DNA of 63,413 nucleotides, filler included, from Olpidium bornovanus S191 (taxonomy: Eukaryota; Fungi; Olpidiomycota), in assembly GCA_017911155.1 (NCBI GenBank). It is 27 parts of 27 records of this genome, joined end to end, with 100 filler letters (N's around TTAATTAATTAA, not from the genome) between each part and the next. Parts side by side here need not be neighbours in the genome. Positions count along the whole stretch, not along the records: positions 48,135 to 50,801 come from JAEFCI010001728.1; positions 50,902 to 53,428 come from JAEFCI010007709.1; positions 53,529 to 55,699 come from JAEFCI010004276.1; positions 55,800 to 58,566 come from JAEFCI010008720.1; positions 58,667 to 60,825 come from JAEFCI010005676.1; positions 60,926 to 62,030 come from JAEFCI010009003.1; positions 62,131 to 63,413 come from JAEFCI010006372.1; 20 more parts are not named here. One strand, given 5' to 3'. A program made the position numbers and the translations under genes. Every line of letters begins with the position of its first letter. Within the stretch, counting starts at the first letter, position 1. Below the pieces are notes generated by a model. The model worked only from the letters and a program-made list of their open reading frames with translations, was not told where the DNA came from and ran no database searches. Below are positions 50,591-63,295 of the stretch, piece after piece.

Positions 50591-50901
50591 TTCAGGCTTT
50601 TATATGTTTTATTTGTATTCCCCAGATGTCCACGGCTGCTATCATATGGAGCTGGCTGACCTGCCTGCCCTGTCGGCAGGCATGCTGGTGAAATGCACCG
50701 GACTCGGGCCGCATCGTCGTCCTCCTGACGTCATCCCTTGCAGATATTTGCGAAGATCCGTTTCGAACGTTGTGCGGCGGGAATATTTCAACGTTTTGCA
50801 CNNNNNNNNNNNNNNNNNNNNNNNNNNNNNNNNNNNNNNNNNNNNTTAATTAATTAANNNNNNNNNNNNNNNNNNNNNNNNNNNNNNNNNNNNNNNNNNN
50901 N

Positions 50902-53052
50902 CATGAAAGGGTGAATGTAATGAGATATTTTGAGAAATCCTAAAGTTGGAACGTACTTTGTTCCAGGTTCTCTGCCAGATGCTTTCGAATTTCTTCTCCT
51001 TTACTCCTCTCAGCATCAAGTTCGTGGAGGCTGGCATTTCTCTTTTGTACCTCAACACTGAGCTCTTCCACTTCAGCATTCAGTTTCTTGATCTCTTTCA
51101 TCTTCGCGGCAACCTTCCCCGCAGGCGGTGTCAGCGCGGGAGACGGCGATTCATCCGTCTCCGGAGTATCGCATACCTCTTTCCTCCACTTCCGCTCCGC
51201 TGTATCCCGCTCTTCCACCGTCGCCCCCAGTTGTTTGGACAAGTCGACCTTTTCGTCCTCCAGCGACTTGAGTCTTTCTTCGCAAACCTGGAAGGCTCGC
51301 TGGTAGTCTTCGATGGATTTCGCGTGACACTTCGCGAACTCCCGCTGATCGGCGGAAGCCTGAAAAAGATCTTGCTGCAGTTTCGTTATCGTATTATTGA
51401 AGTCCTGAACAGTCCCAGAAAGATGCGGCGCTGAGTTTTACAACTGGTGTCGTTTTGGTCGTACCGGGCTTCTTTGCCGCCTACCTGCACCTCTTGTTCC
51501 TTCTCCTTCTGCAATTCCGACAACCGCCTCTCCACGTCCGACTTCGCGGCATTCGATTCCCTCACTACCTAATCAGCAAAGAGTTCAACTAGCGCACGCT
51601 CAACAACGCTGTCCCAATCACATCGCCCCGCTTAGATACTTTGTCTTTCGCCGACTCCACGTCCGCGATTCGCGCAAGGAAAACATTTTCGAGATCCTGT
51701 TTCTCCCGCAGCGCAGCTCGCAGTCGTTTCTCGCAGTCGCTAAATTCGCTCGAACTTCAGCGGCGGTTTCCAGAGAAACGCAAAAGGGAGGTATCCGGTT
51801 CGAAGCTAAAAGCGCCCACCGATTTATTTCCGCGACTTCTTTCCGCCAGTTTTCGGCGGCGTCGGCCGCCATTCGGGACGTTGACAGGGCGACCTGAAGA
51901 GCGTGTTCCCGCGCAGCCGCTTCCGCAACAGCTTTTTCCGCCTGTTCCCGCACGATGGTGAGTTTCTCGTCGTACTCTCCGCTGAGTGACGCCCTTCGAA
52001 TTGTAAATAACGGCGTGAATCGCAAGGTTGACGCGAAGGAAGATGGTGCGAACGGAACACCGCAAAAGCCCCGAAAGCCACCTCAGCGTGTTCATGTCGC
52101 TTTCCGCTTTGGCCAGTTCTTCTTCAAAACGGATCCGCCCGGCCTCGGCCTCGTCAACGAAGCGTTGAATTGTCCGCTCGTGTTTTTTACATTCTTCCTG
52201 CGTAGAGGACGAGAGCCCCCGTTATTTGTCCACGGTCCGTGGTCTGCGACCCTCGGGCGAACGAGCAGGCCCCCGACCTCGCATTCTCGCCGGATAAGCA
52301 TGATTTCCTCCCTGTGTCGGTCCTCTCTCCGCCCGGCGGCGGCATGAAGGTCGTCGAGCTCTCCTGCCTTGGCTTTGAGCTCCGCCAGCGCGTCTTCAAG
52401 GCGCGCTTCCCTAGGTAGACGCAGGGGCGCAGTTGGGAGCGCGGGTCCGTTAACCCGCGCTTTCGCGTCAAGCGGCCCACATTTCTCTCGCCAACGCCGA
52501 GCTCGCCTTACGGGGCCGCGCGGGCATCCGACGATTTTCCTCACCGATCACCTACAGCTGCTGTCGCCTCCGCGCAGGCGACCTCCAGACTGTCCAGCTC
52601 CTGGTCGCGCTGCTCCAGCAGCGCCAGGTTGTAAAGAAAGTCCTCCTGCAGCTTCTGCATGACGCCTCTGAGTCCAAGGACCTGGACGGGAAAACGGAAG
52701 CCGGTCCAGCTGATCAGACGTGGACTATCCCGCGACCGCGGCAACCGCGAAAACCGGCGGGGGGTCTGTGCGGGGCCGCCGCGGTGCAAAACGGCCCTTT
52801 CCCTCCGAACACTCGCGCGCGCGCCCGCGCGTCTGGAGAAAGAGGCCGTTTTCTTTTTTTTTGTCCTTTTTTTTTTTCCTTCCTTCGGCTCACCTCGCCT
52901 TCCCTGTCGGCAAGGCGGGACTCGAGGCTCTTCACGGTGGCGTCGTACAGCTCGTGCAGCTCCCTCTCCTTGGCCGCGGCCAGTTCACGGAAACAGGGGT
53001 GCTGGCGGCGGGCGGCGGAGGCGGCGCCGGCGGTCTCGTCGGGAAGCGCCAT
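50902..53052 (-). CDS. CCDC57-like centriolar coiled-coil protein, N-terminal part
   Basis: ELAAAKERELHEL... | LQEDFLYNLALLEQRDQELDSLE matches my recollection of human CCDC57 (ELLLRKEEEWRAL; LQEDFVYNLQVLEERDLELERYD). Further coiled-coil exons run to the contig end. Confidence 0.7.
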
Positions 53053-53817
53053 GCCGAACGCGCCGGCGACAGTCGCGGATGATTTTTTTTTTTTTTTTTT
53101 TTTTCTCAGTGCGGGGCGAGTGGGGGGAGGGGGAAATCTGCGAGGCGGCGATTTATTCGGACACGGCCGCGCGCACGTTCTCCGCCGGCAGGCGCTTTCT
53201 CGTCAATGCCGCCGGTCCCGGTAGCTGGCGGCGCCCTGGCAGTCTGGGGAGAACGACGAGGAAGGACCGCGTGCAGTTGGCGCCGTCGGTCGCCCGAGTT
53301 CGGGTGCGCCGTCGCTGCGGCGTTCCTCGCACACAACGCGAGCCCGCCGGGCTGTATGTTTGCTTTCCTGGCACAGGCGACCGGCCTCGGCATATCCGTG
53401 GCGGCAGCCTGTACTGGAGTTCTCCATGNNNNNNNNNNNNNNNNNNNNNNNNNNNNNNNNNNNNNNNNNNNNTTAATTAATTAANNNNNNNNNNNNNNNN
53501 NNNNNNNNNNNNNNNNNNNNNNNNNNNNAAAAAAAAAAAAAAAAGTAGCGCGCGCGGAGGAAAACCGCGGGGCGGGCGGGCGGGCGGGCCGGGGAGGCGG
53601 GGGCGGGGGCGAGGGAGAAACGCGCGGAGAATTTTCCCCGGGGGATCAGAAAAATCAGCGCTCCGCGCGTCACACAAACAGCGAGCGCGTCCCCGCCACT
53701 CCCGTCTCAATAAAAGGAGAAAAAAAAAATTGCGCGCAAGAGGCGAGGAAAAAAAATAAGCGATAACAAAATAACGGGAGGAGAAGAAAAAATAAAAAAA
53801 AAATAAAAAAATGAGAA

Positions 53818-54795
53818 TCAAGAGGACCTGTGCTCCTGCGCGCTTTCCGGAGGCGGCGGGGGGGCGTTCATCGCGGCGCAGAACGCGGCGTCATACTTCA
53901 ACCGGACCTGGCCGTGCCAGAAGATTATTTTGCCGATGCCGGGGAGCGGAAACACGGCGGAGTCCCTCTCCTTGACGACGCGAAACATCCCCAGCGCGAT
54001 GTCCTTGATGCCGAGTTCGACGTCGTCTCTCGTGAAAGCCGTGGTGCTCGCGATCGCCGAGTAGTTCAGCGGCTCGGTCGGGGCCACATCTGCAGGCGTC
54101 GAGTCACGACAGACAAATACAGATTATCCTTCCGTTTCCTCTTTGTTTTGTTTTTTCTTTTTGTCAATTGTACATTTGATCTCCCACACCCCGCCTCACA
54201 CCGCAAGCCTTTACTGGTCTTACTTATGAGGTTGCACCTGGTTCCGTGCAACCCGGGGATTTTTGTAAAGTTTTGTGCCGGAATGAAATGCGCGGCGTAG
54301 CTGGCCGGATCCGCATCAACGCCCGATGGCGACGGATGCCCGATGACGAAGCGTCCGACATAAGGAACGCTCACGCAAACCTAAAAAGAAAAAATGCAAA
54401 AAAGTCAAAAATAAAAAATAAACCAAAAGCGCAAGCGTCCGGGTCGAGGTGGGCCGCGGATGATAATGTGCCATCACGGGTGATAACCCGGGTCGTCAGA
54501 TCGCTGCTCAAATTATTCTATTTGTATTCTCTCTCCAGTGAAAACGACGAGCCTTTTTGTTCAGCATGTGCGCCGAGATCATGACGCCGACCTCGTTCCA
54601 TAACGCCCGCAACTCTGTTTTACTCGTCAGACGCATGTGATCCCTTCGGTCAGCACGCAGAGCGGAAAACCCGACGGTTGTTTTCTTTTGCTCGTCGTTT
54701 AAAAGCCTACCAGGTTCCGAGAGCAACGAGTACCGCCTCCGCTTTGGGAGGCTGTCTAAATGCTTGTACGCATGCAGCCAAGAAGACCGGTTCAT
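53818..54795 (-). CDS. CCDC81-like protein (tandem HU-CCDC81 domains)
   Basis: LLSEP | ELRALWNEVGVMISAHMLNKK...FIPAQNF...PLNYSAIASTTAFTRDDVELGIKDI...LPGIGKIIFWHGQVRLKYDAAF parallels CCDC81 (PLNF...FNRDIVEGCVKE...FKGIGVL...KMRFYKDF). Confidence 0.75.
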
Positions 54796-55799
54796 TCCTG
54801 AGGCAGCTCGCTTCGTCCGATCTAGTAAAGGAGGAGAAGCTAAGGCACCGGTAGGTTTTTGCGGCCCGAAAACAGCCTGCACTCAGAAAGCGGGAAAGGG
54901 CGGCGCGCCCGAGTGTTCCCGGTCGCGATGCAGACCAAACGTGAACGATGCGGCGTTCAGGGGCGAAAATGACAGCCGCCGGGGAGGTCCAAATTGCCTG
55001 CCTGATCCCCCACGTCGGTAGCCGGTCAAAACCCTCCAGCAGAGTCGCTTGCGGCAGTCGTTGTCGGCTTTTGGCTTGATTCTCGGAGCCCGGGAAGCCG
55101 ATTTAATTACCCGGTTTTCCAATCGGGATCGGGGGTGAAAGGCGCAGCCCAAAAACGCACCAAAAAAACCCCCCCCCGGATTTGTTGGATCGGCGGCGAA
55201 TGCTAGTTCGGGCACCCACTCGGTCCCCGTCGCCCTGGCAGCGGCCGGCGTACCCATCGCCATAATTTTGTCCGGGGCACGTTCGGCAGAACAAGCGCCG
55301 CTGTGAAATTCGGTCGGGCGGGGCTGTTTGACGTTCGGCGCCGTCCCCCGCTTCACCACTGCGACAAAGAAAAAAAAAAAATTAAATAAAAAAAGGCAAA
55401 AATTGTTTCGCTATCTTCAGGCAGCTGCTGAGAAGCTGAGTGCGCCCTCGACGGCGGAAAGAGGCCCGCGGTTTGGATCTCCGTACTCTCCACATGTTGG
55501 GAAATGGGCGCCAGGGGCGTGCGCCGAAAAAGTGGGAAGTGAGAGAGGGGGGAATTGGGGAATTTGGGCGCCGCTGGCTTCGCCGCAAACAGGCTGCCGA
55601 AGAAAAAATCTCAAGCTAGCAGCAACGAAAAGGCGGGGGGGGGGGGCCGGGCCCGCCCGACTTCGCCTAGGGGGGGGGGGGGGGGGGCGGCGGGGGGCGN
55701 NNNNNNNNNNNNNNNNNNNNNNNNNNNNNNNNNNNNNNNNNNNTTAATTAATTAANNNNNNNNNNNNNNNNNNNNNNNNNNNNNNNNNNNNNNNNNNNN

Positions 55800-58125
55800 C
55801 ATGAAGAGTTTCAAACTTGGTCTGCAGGTCCTGCAGCGAGTTGTGCATCTGCGAAATTATGTTTTCGGACCGGCTTCCAATGCTGCCAGTGAAGCTCTCC
55901 CTGTTCTGCAGCTCGAGGGTCAGGCGCTGGATGGCTACATCGAGGTTCTTAAGCTCAGAGTTAACATCCGCCAGCGTCGCCCTGCAATTTTGCGGACCGG
56001 CAAGGAATATTCAGCTTTTCTAATAAGAACGACGACTCGCTCAAAGAATGAAAGATGGTTGGTTTTCAACTACCTCATGGCGGACAGCCGTGATGCGACA
56101 TCCGCGGGCACCTGCTTCGCTTTGGAAGGGGCGCCGAGGTGCTCGGCCTTCTCGTGCAGAGCATTTAGAGATTCTATAATGTAATACTGCGTCTCCTCAA
56201 GATGGAGAGACAGAGAAGCCTGATCTTCCTAAGAAAACAATGCTTAGCACCGCCAACTTCTTGGTTCCTGCCACCGCAAATAGCACCCCGTTCCAAAATA
56301 ATGCGAACAGGCGAGGAATTCCCGGCTTTCCGGGGCGTACCGTTTCCGCGTGTCCTCTTCGCACCTCCTCCTTGTGCCGCGCCTGCTCGACCATGTGCTC
56401 AACTTCCTCAATGTGCTTCTTGGTCTCATCCGTAACGTTGAATGCCTTGCCCTGGGCGATCCGTTCCTTCTCGTGCGGTCGCAGCGGTCGCTGGAAACGT
56501 CGGGCGCCCAACGTCATGAGCCGACGCAGATGCACAGAGGGACTTGCCCCGTTATCATCAAGCACATTCAAGTCCAGAGAACGTCAAGAGCACGTACGTC
56601 GGTAAGAGCTTTCGGGTTAAGTTCGTAGCCGTCGAAGCTAATCGCATCGTGATCGTCTGTGCATCCATCGTGCCATTGCGCACACCAGACCGCAAAAATA
56701 ACACCCCAGACAAAACGTGAGCCGCAGAACACGAAACAAAATAAAATAATCCAACCAGCCGGTAACCGAATATGCAATCCCGCGCGCAACGTTCCTCACC
56801 GGCGTACTTTCCGGCCAAGGCTGACAACCCGAAGTAGTACCCGGTCGGCAGACTAATATCGTGACCCTCGAAGCAAAGGACATACGACTTTCCCTTCTTG
56901 TCAATGTCGATGTCGACGGCAAGCCGCTTATCGTGGTAGGACACTCGCACCCAGAGGGGCGCGTGAAGGTTGCGGTAGTCCCTGAAACAGCTGCCAAACT
57001 TGATCATATCCGGGTTTTTGATCTTCGCCAGCTCCTTACTTCCGTCGTTGATCACGCCGTAAACTAAAGGGCTGTTCCGCTTTGGGGCTCGCAGAGGTAT
57101 GCCCGCAAGGCAAGTGAGAAATCTGGACATTGAGAGGGTTGACAACGGCGGTAAGAGCGAATTTTTGGCGACTTACACTTGCGTTCTCATCATAGGTGTC
57201 GAAGATGATCCCCAAGCCATCCCACTTGTCCTTGCTTCCGAATACCGGCCCGTCCTGCGCCCTATCCTTCGTGTACCAGAAGGCAAGGCCCTCCCCGCCT
57301 GCCGCCCCGCGCCCGAAGACGGCGACGGAGAATTCCACTTCCCACTCCGGGTGCTTATTAGGCTGTCTGGAAAAGGCGCATTGGGTTAACCTCTGGCGGT
57401 CTACGCCGACGCGGCGACAACGCCGTTCGAATGTGGGACAGCACGCGTACGTTGACCAAATGGAGCCCTTAAGTCCCGGAACACTTGGGGTCAACCTTAT
57501 GTACTCCTCCGAGGGAATGGTGTCTGCGCGGCAGAGGCGGAGCAACGGCGGCGTGCGCGCACGAACCGAGAGCGATTTTGGCTATCCGAAGGGCAGGCCA
57601 ACAACGGTGCACAATGGAAACGCGACCACTGGCAAACTGAAACAACCAAAAAACCCTCCAAATCGCCGCCCAGTATCAGATTCGTCACCCGGGGGGAATT
57701 AGGCGGGACGACATCTCCGAGCACGCCATCAAATCTTCGCACACCGCATACTCGGCGCAAAGGCTATTCGTGGCGCTTCGTACCACCGTCGCTTTTCGTT
57801 TCCGCCTTACGTGTCTCCTCCCGCCTTCCGCCTGCTCCTCTCTCCCCTTCCCCCCTCCCTCTGCCCCCGAATCGGGGGCCGCTCCAACCTCCACGTACAT
57901 ACTTCCGAAGGTCTCCCAGAAAGGAATAATAGTATTATTGAAATAGTAGGGCTGCTTGAAGGTCAGCCGGTAGTCGTGCCTTCGGAACGGCCGCTTCTCT
58001 GACCCTCCGTCAGCGGTGCCGGACGAAAACGCGGACGACCCGGACGCCAGCGCCAACAAAGCCAGGAGCGTGCCCGCCGCCAAGGCTTCCCGCGCCGAGT
58101 CCGCCGACGGCGATGCAGGCGACAT
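55800..58125 (-). CDS. L-type lectin cargo receptor (ERGIC-53/VIP36/Emp47 family); 3'-truncated
   Basis: Signal peptide, RRHDYRLTFKQPY...FWETFG | YIRLTPSVPGLKGSIW | WEVEFSVAVFG...GEGLAFWY...GPVFGSKDKWDGLGIIFDTYDEN | SCFRDYRN...LPTGYYFGLSA | DDHD, then a coiled coil. Confidence 0.95.
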
Positions 58126-59007
58126 TCGCGAGTTTGTTGTTTTTATTTAATTTTTTGTCCTCCGGAGACTGCTCCGCCGTGGTCTGCGAAAACTGCCCTT
58201 CGTGCGCCAACCCACCCCACCCCAGGTCCGCCGGGCACAACGCCCGTCCGCTTCCGCCGCGGCGGTTTCCACACCTGCGGGGGGCGTTTTCTCAAGGAGT
58301 TTACGGGGGGGGAAAGCTGCTTGTCAGCGCTCGGCAGGCAGTTAAGTTTTTTTTTTTCGTTTTCTCCTCGGAGCGTGCGGGGCAAAAAGGAGGGGCTGAA
58401 GCGCGAGAACAAACCAAAAAAAAAAAAAAAAAAAAAATGTTGCGAAAAAGGGGCTCTCTCTCTTCCGTCTTCCTTCCTCTCTCCTTTTCCCTTCCGTTGT
58501 TTGCGTTTGACGGCGGGAGGAAGAGCTCCAGGGGGAGCTCCCCTCCCGGTCTTGGCATCTTTGATCNNNNNNNNNNNNNNNNNNNNNNNNNNNNNNNNNN
58601 NNNNNNNNNNTTAATTAATTAANNNNNNNNNNNNNNNNNNNNNNNNNNNNNNNNNNNNNNNNNNNNGCTGTGGGGGGGGGGGGGGGGGGGGGTTGGGGGG
58701 GTTTTTTTTTTTTTTTTTTTTTTTTTTTTCTCGGGGAATTTTTTTTTTCCGCCGCTTCCGCCGCCGCCAGCCACCGCCACTCCGGGACGCGCGCGACCCG
58801 TTTGACTTTGACGCCCGCTCCTCTCCGCGCCGCCGCCTCCTCGCAGCGCCTCCCTCCCTCCTCCGCCCGCCCGCGGACGTGCGCTCGAGCTCTGCGCTCC
58901 CGTTTCCCCGCGTTCCGCCTGGGCGCCACGCAGCAGAGCGTCGTCGGCCCTCCGCGGTCGCGAAAAGAAAGGGGCGGAAAAAAGAGTAGCTGCCGGATGA
59001 CCGCAAA

Positions 59008-60258
59008 ATGTGGGTGCTCCAGATCACGTCGTCAGCAGGTAAAAAAAAGGAACGGAAAAAAAGTGGTCCCCTTCCACGCAGCGGAGCGGGTTAGGCCGGC
59101 GGCCGTGGTAGAATTTGCGCAACTTCTCGAACTCGGCTCGAAGTATAATAAATTCTTTTCTTTCTCGCGTCTCTTGCTCGCAGAGCGCCGCTGGCTCCGG
59201 CCGGGCCACGCTTACACAGTCGGCCGCGACGCAGGTGAACTGAACCTGGGGTGTTCCCGAGCGCTCCGGAGCTTTGCCGTACAAAAAAGAAAAAGGAACG
59301 CTTCCTGACGCCCTGTCAAACCACACGCCTTCTTAGCGTGCACGTTCAATTTTGCGAATGACAAGTCTGTCAGCCGGGAACACGCGCTGATCACCGTCCA
59401 GGAACTCGCTGCGGAAAATGTAGTACGTCAGATTCTTTGGTTCAACTTAAAACCAGCGCGGTGCCAACGGGCGGGCAGAAAGAGGCCGGTCTGATGCACC
59501 TCGAAACCTCCCCTGAATGCGCCCCAGTTTCGGCAGGCGGCTCGCGTCACAGTCGAGGTTGAAGACAAGTCGAAATTCGGCTCCTTCGTCAACGGCCGGA
59601 AGATCACGGGAAAAGCGGCGCTGGCGGAAGGGGACGAGCTGCGCTTTGGCGCCTTCCAGGCCACCTGCCGGTGAGAGCGGTGGCGAGGGGGGGGGGGGTC
59701 TGTGTCTCGTCGTGTGCCCTCTCTGTCTTCTTCTTCTTCTTCTTTTTTGTTTCTAACGCGACGAATGTGCACAGTTTGCTTTATATCCCCGTTATCATCT
59801 GCTGCTCGGGAATGTCCGCTAATTTTAAAGGCGAACTTTGCAACCTGCTAGCCAAGCTCGGTGACTATTGCCCCGGACTATCTCCCGGAATCCTGGCTGA
59901 CCCATTCGTCTAACATCGGCTGTGCGTAATCACCGGCAGACATGCGCCTCCTGAGGTCCAGAAACTGGGATCCAAACTGCACTCACCTCTTGATGCCGAA
60001 GTGGACTGTTACGGAGAAGGTGGTTCTGGCGCTGGCATCGGCCAAGCCCATCGTCTCCATGTCGTGGCTGTCGGCTGTCGAAGATGCCGGCGCCCGCCAG
60101 GAAGCGCATTTCGAGCTGCCCGACGCGAAGCACTACCTCCCGGAAGCCCCCCACAGGTCGGTGCCCCTGCCGCTGGGGGAAGTGGACTTTTCACCCGACC
60201 CCAGGCGGTCGTCCGTCTTTTCCGGGAAATCCTTTGTTGCGTTTGCGAAATCCACGGT
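59008..60258 (+). CDS. NBS1: Nibrin/Nbs1 (MRN complex), FHA + BRCT N-terminal part
   Basis: MWVLQ | YTVGR | NDKSVSREHALITV | EDKSKFGSFVNG...GDELRFG (FHA); WDPNCTHLLMPKWTVTEKVVLALASAKPIVSMSWL...LPDAKHYLP...SPDPRRSSVFSGKSFV (BRCT). Confidence 0.92.
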
Positions 60259-61758
60259 AGGAGGAACAAATTCGGCGGCAAAGCAGGGGACGTCGGAAGC
60301 GTTGAGAGACTCTGACGCGGGCCGCCTGAACGTCCCCAGTTTGCCAAAGTCGATCAGTTAGCGAGGGCGGCCGGTGGCAGCGTCCTTCTTTGTATTCCGG
60401 GCGAAACCGTTGCTGACAGCGCAGACGGCATTTCGAGCTACCTCGCCCGAACATCCAACGTTGTTCCCCTGGGGCCGTATCCCAAGAAGGTCCCCCCGTC
60501 CGTGATCGCTTACCTTGAAAAGTGCGGGAAAATCCTGTGGCCGTTGCGTGTTGTGTTTGCGTTCCCGAGCGCATTCGCTGACGTTTCTTGGTGCTAGGAG
60601 CCGAATGCGCCTGGTCCCGGAAACGGAAGTCGGATACGCCATTCTATACGTCTCTGCGGAAACCTTCTGTAATCCATCCTTGGACGTTCAGGTCGGCCCG
60701 CACAACATGCCGTTGTTCGGCGATAGTCAAAATGAGGCTTTTGGGAGTCAAGCCGGGCCGATACGGAACAGGGACCGACGTGCGTTTTCGCGAAGAGTGG
60801 AGGGCGGGCCGCTCCCACCAAAAGCNNNNNNNNNNNNNNNNNNNNNNNNNNNNNNNNNNNNNNNNNNNNTTAATTAATTAANNNNNNNNNNNNNNNNNNN
60901 NNNNNNNNNNNNNNNNNNNNNNNNNCGAGGGGCGGTCTACCAGGCAAAATCCGCGCTAATCCCGCGCCTACTTCCCGTGCAACGGCGGATTGGGGTCCTT
61001 GAAAGCCGGGTTGGCGCCTACAAGGCAGGGGCACGTCTAACCATTTAATTACATCATTCGTGTCCGTAATAGTAGCCAATAATGGTGTACCTGCTGGACC
61101 CATTCGGCCTCCTGCCAATCCTCTCCGTCGCGCGTTTTGCGCAAAACCGGCAAGGCTCCATGAATTTTGCGGCAATGCTCCTGGCGACTGCGCGCTTGAG
61201 TACTGCAGCTGCGCTAGGCCGACCGTTCACCACTGCGCCATACACAAAAAAAAACTCGGAACGGAGGACGCCGGCGCCCCCGATCGCACGAACATGCGTC
61301 CGCGCGTTTTAGCCGCGGGCGCCGGCCTTGCCCCAAGGAAGGGATTTGAGCGGGTACAAAGCGCCCTCGTTTTCCGGACGCAAACCCGACCCGATACGGA
61401 AGCGGCAACTCACAAAAAAAAAGCTTCTCCGTTCCGTCCCGTCCCTGTTTCCTTTGAGGCCAGCTGACAAACAAGCTTTCGGAAGGGCGTTATCGGGGGC
61501 GCCGTTTTCCAAACGCCGACGCAAGACCATTTGGCGGCTCGGTCCGCACCCGGCAAAATTTGGAAATCGACCCGAACCAGAGAAGAGGTTGGTGCATAGC
61601 CGGACGGGATCGGCGAGAAGCGACCGCGGCCGTCAGACACGTTTGTCGGCGTTCTCCGGCAAGAGGGACCTGGCGCTAGACCGCATCTAGGGCTGCAGTC
61701 GAAGGGGGCCAACGGAGCGGCGTAACCCGGCTCCTCCGAAACGACACCGGGGCATCAG

Positions 61759-62030
61759 ATGTCCATCGCGCGCCTCGCCGGCGCTCATTCGAGGTTGCTC
61801 GCCGGGGCCAGGGAACTGCGGGTCTGGTTTTCCACGTCCTCGACGGCCGCGGCGCGGCCTGTTCCGACCCGCGCGGCAGAGCGCTTCCGATCAACGCGTA
61901 CTTCAGAGCCCGCCGACGGCAACGTCATTGGCGGCGAGCATTTAGTTCCGGCGTCTGCAAACTTCGCGCGCTCTGCGGAGCTTGCGAGTTTTCCTGTCGC
62001 GGAAAATGTTTGCCGCAGTGCCGCTAAGGC
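61759..62030 (+). CDS. Possible first exon of a mitochondrial protein (presequence-like)
   Basis: MSIARLAGAHSRLLAGARELRVWFSTSSTAAAR is Arg/Ser/Ala-rich and nearly free of acidic residues. No domain is visible before the contig end. Confidence 0.3.
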
Positions 62031-63259
62031 NNNNNNNNNNNNNNNNNNNNNNNNNNNNNNNNNNNNNNNNNNNNTTAATTAATTAANNNNNNNNNNNNNN
62101 NNNNNNNNNNNNNNNNNNNNNNNNNNNNNNCGAGGAAGAAGACGTCGCGATTGCCGGATGTTCGAGGGCCGATGCAAAAGACGACGTGCAAAAGCGGCCC
62201 AGGTATTCTAAGGAGGGCTTAAAGTTGAAGTGACTGGATTGCCGTTACATGAGAAGGTACCAGGGAAATCACAGCGACGTGCCATGAAAATTAATGTCAA
62301 ACTTAGCGGGACTCTGCAAGACCGCGCGCGTCCTGCAACGCGAAATTCGCCGGGAAAACGTAACCCCCCGAAGAGAGAGAGGGTTGTACTTTTCAGGGCG
62401 CTGTTCACCCTCGGGCGTTTTCGATTCCGGGACGAATCCGGGTCCCCGACAAGCGTCCGGATACCTATGACCCTGGACGAACAGAGCTTATCCCCGGGAT
62501 TTAGTTTTTTGATGGGGGCCATGGCGCCCTTTACGCAGGGCGGCGGCGCGCGGGGAAAATAAGAGGGCAGTGCGCACGCCGGGGCTCGCCGTAAAAAGAA
62601 CATCTGCGCGTGCGCGCGAAACAGTCCTTTTTGGAGACGGTTTGGGACCAGGAAGGGCCGAAATGTGCCGAGCGCAATTACGCAATTAGCCCGTAAAGAG
62701 ACGAGAAGGAAGCTGTATTCAGAGTATGGCATTTTTTGCCTACTTCAGGTTTTTTTGAACTTTGGTTTAAATGGGGATCCTACATGAGAAACACGGGCTG
62801 CCGCTTATGCAATCCATGACTGATTTGACTTACAGTGTGGAACGGAAGTTTGCGCAGCGATGGCTGGGGCATTAGAACGTTTGAATTGTTTCAAAAGAGA
62901 GTGAAGACATATTAGGCGTCAATTGGCACCTAAACTTTTTTGTTTGCGTTGTCTTGTCACTCACCGTTTTATTCGCTTTCTTACGGCAACGAAGGGAAGT
63001 GTTGAAACGTACGTCGGAAAACCGTGATCAGAACCATACAATCTTTGTACTATTGTATCTTCCGCAAAACCACGAGCAACACGAAAAACCAACAATACCT
63101 TGCATTTTTGATCTGAAGTATGACGTATTGAGCGTCCGACGCAGAATCCTCCGCAGAAACCTGCGTAGAATCCGGTACAAAATCTGCCGCATAATATACC
63201 ACGGAGGAATGTAGCCGCGCTGGCCGGGGGGCTGCCTTTCTTCCTTGATGGCATCTTTT

Positions 63260-63295
<36 letters not shown>

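Noticed and set aside
55226-55241. X-box (RFX)-like GTCGCCCTGGCAGC upstream of the CCDC81-like gene; GTCGTTAGCAAC at about 26514
   Set aside because: Imperfect matches in GC-rich DNA, expected by chance; no equivalent seen upstream of the CCDC57-like gene.
60926-61240. Exon-like segment with plausible AG/GT boundaries on the minus strand
   Set aside because: All three frames are open and none resembles a known protein, so no call can be supported.
62131-62562. ORF open from the contig start (about 140 codons) and a degenerate 12-bp repeat at about 63140-63190
   Set aside because: No recognisable domain, competing ORF on the opposite strand, and the repeat is too degenerate to interpret.
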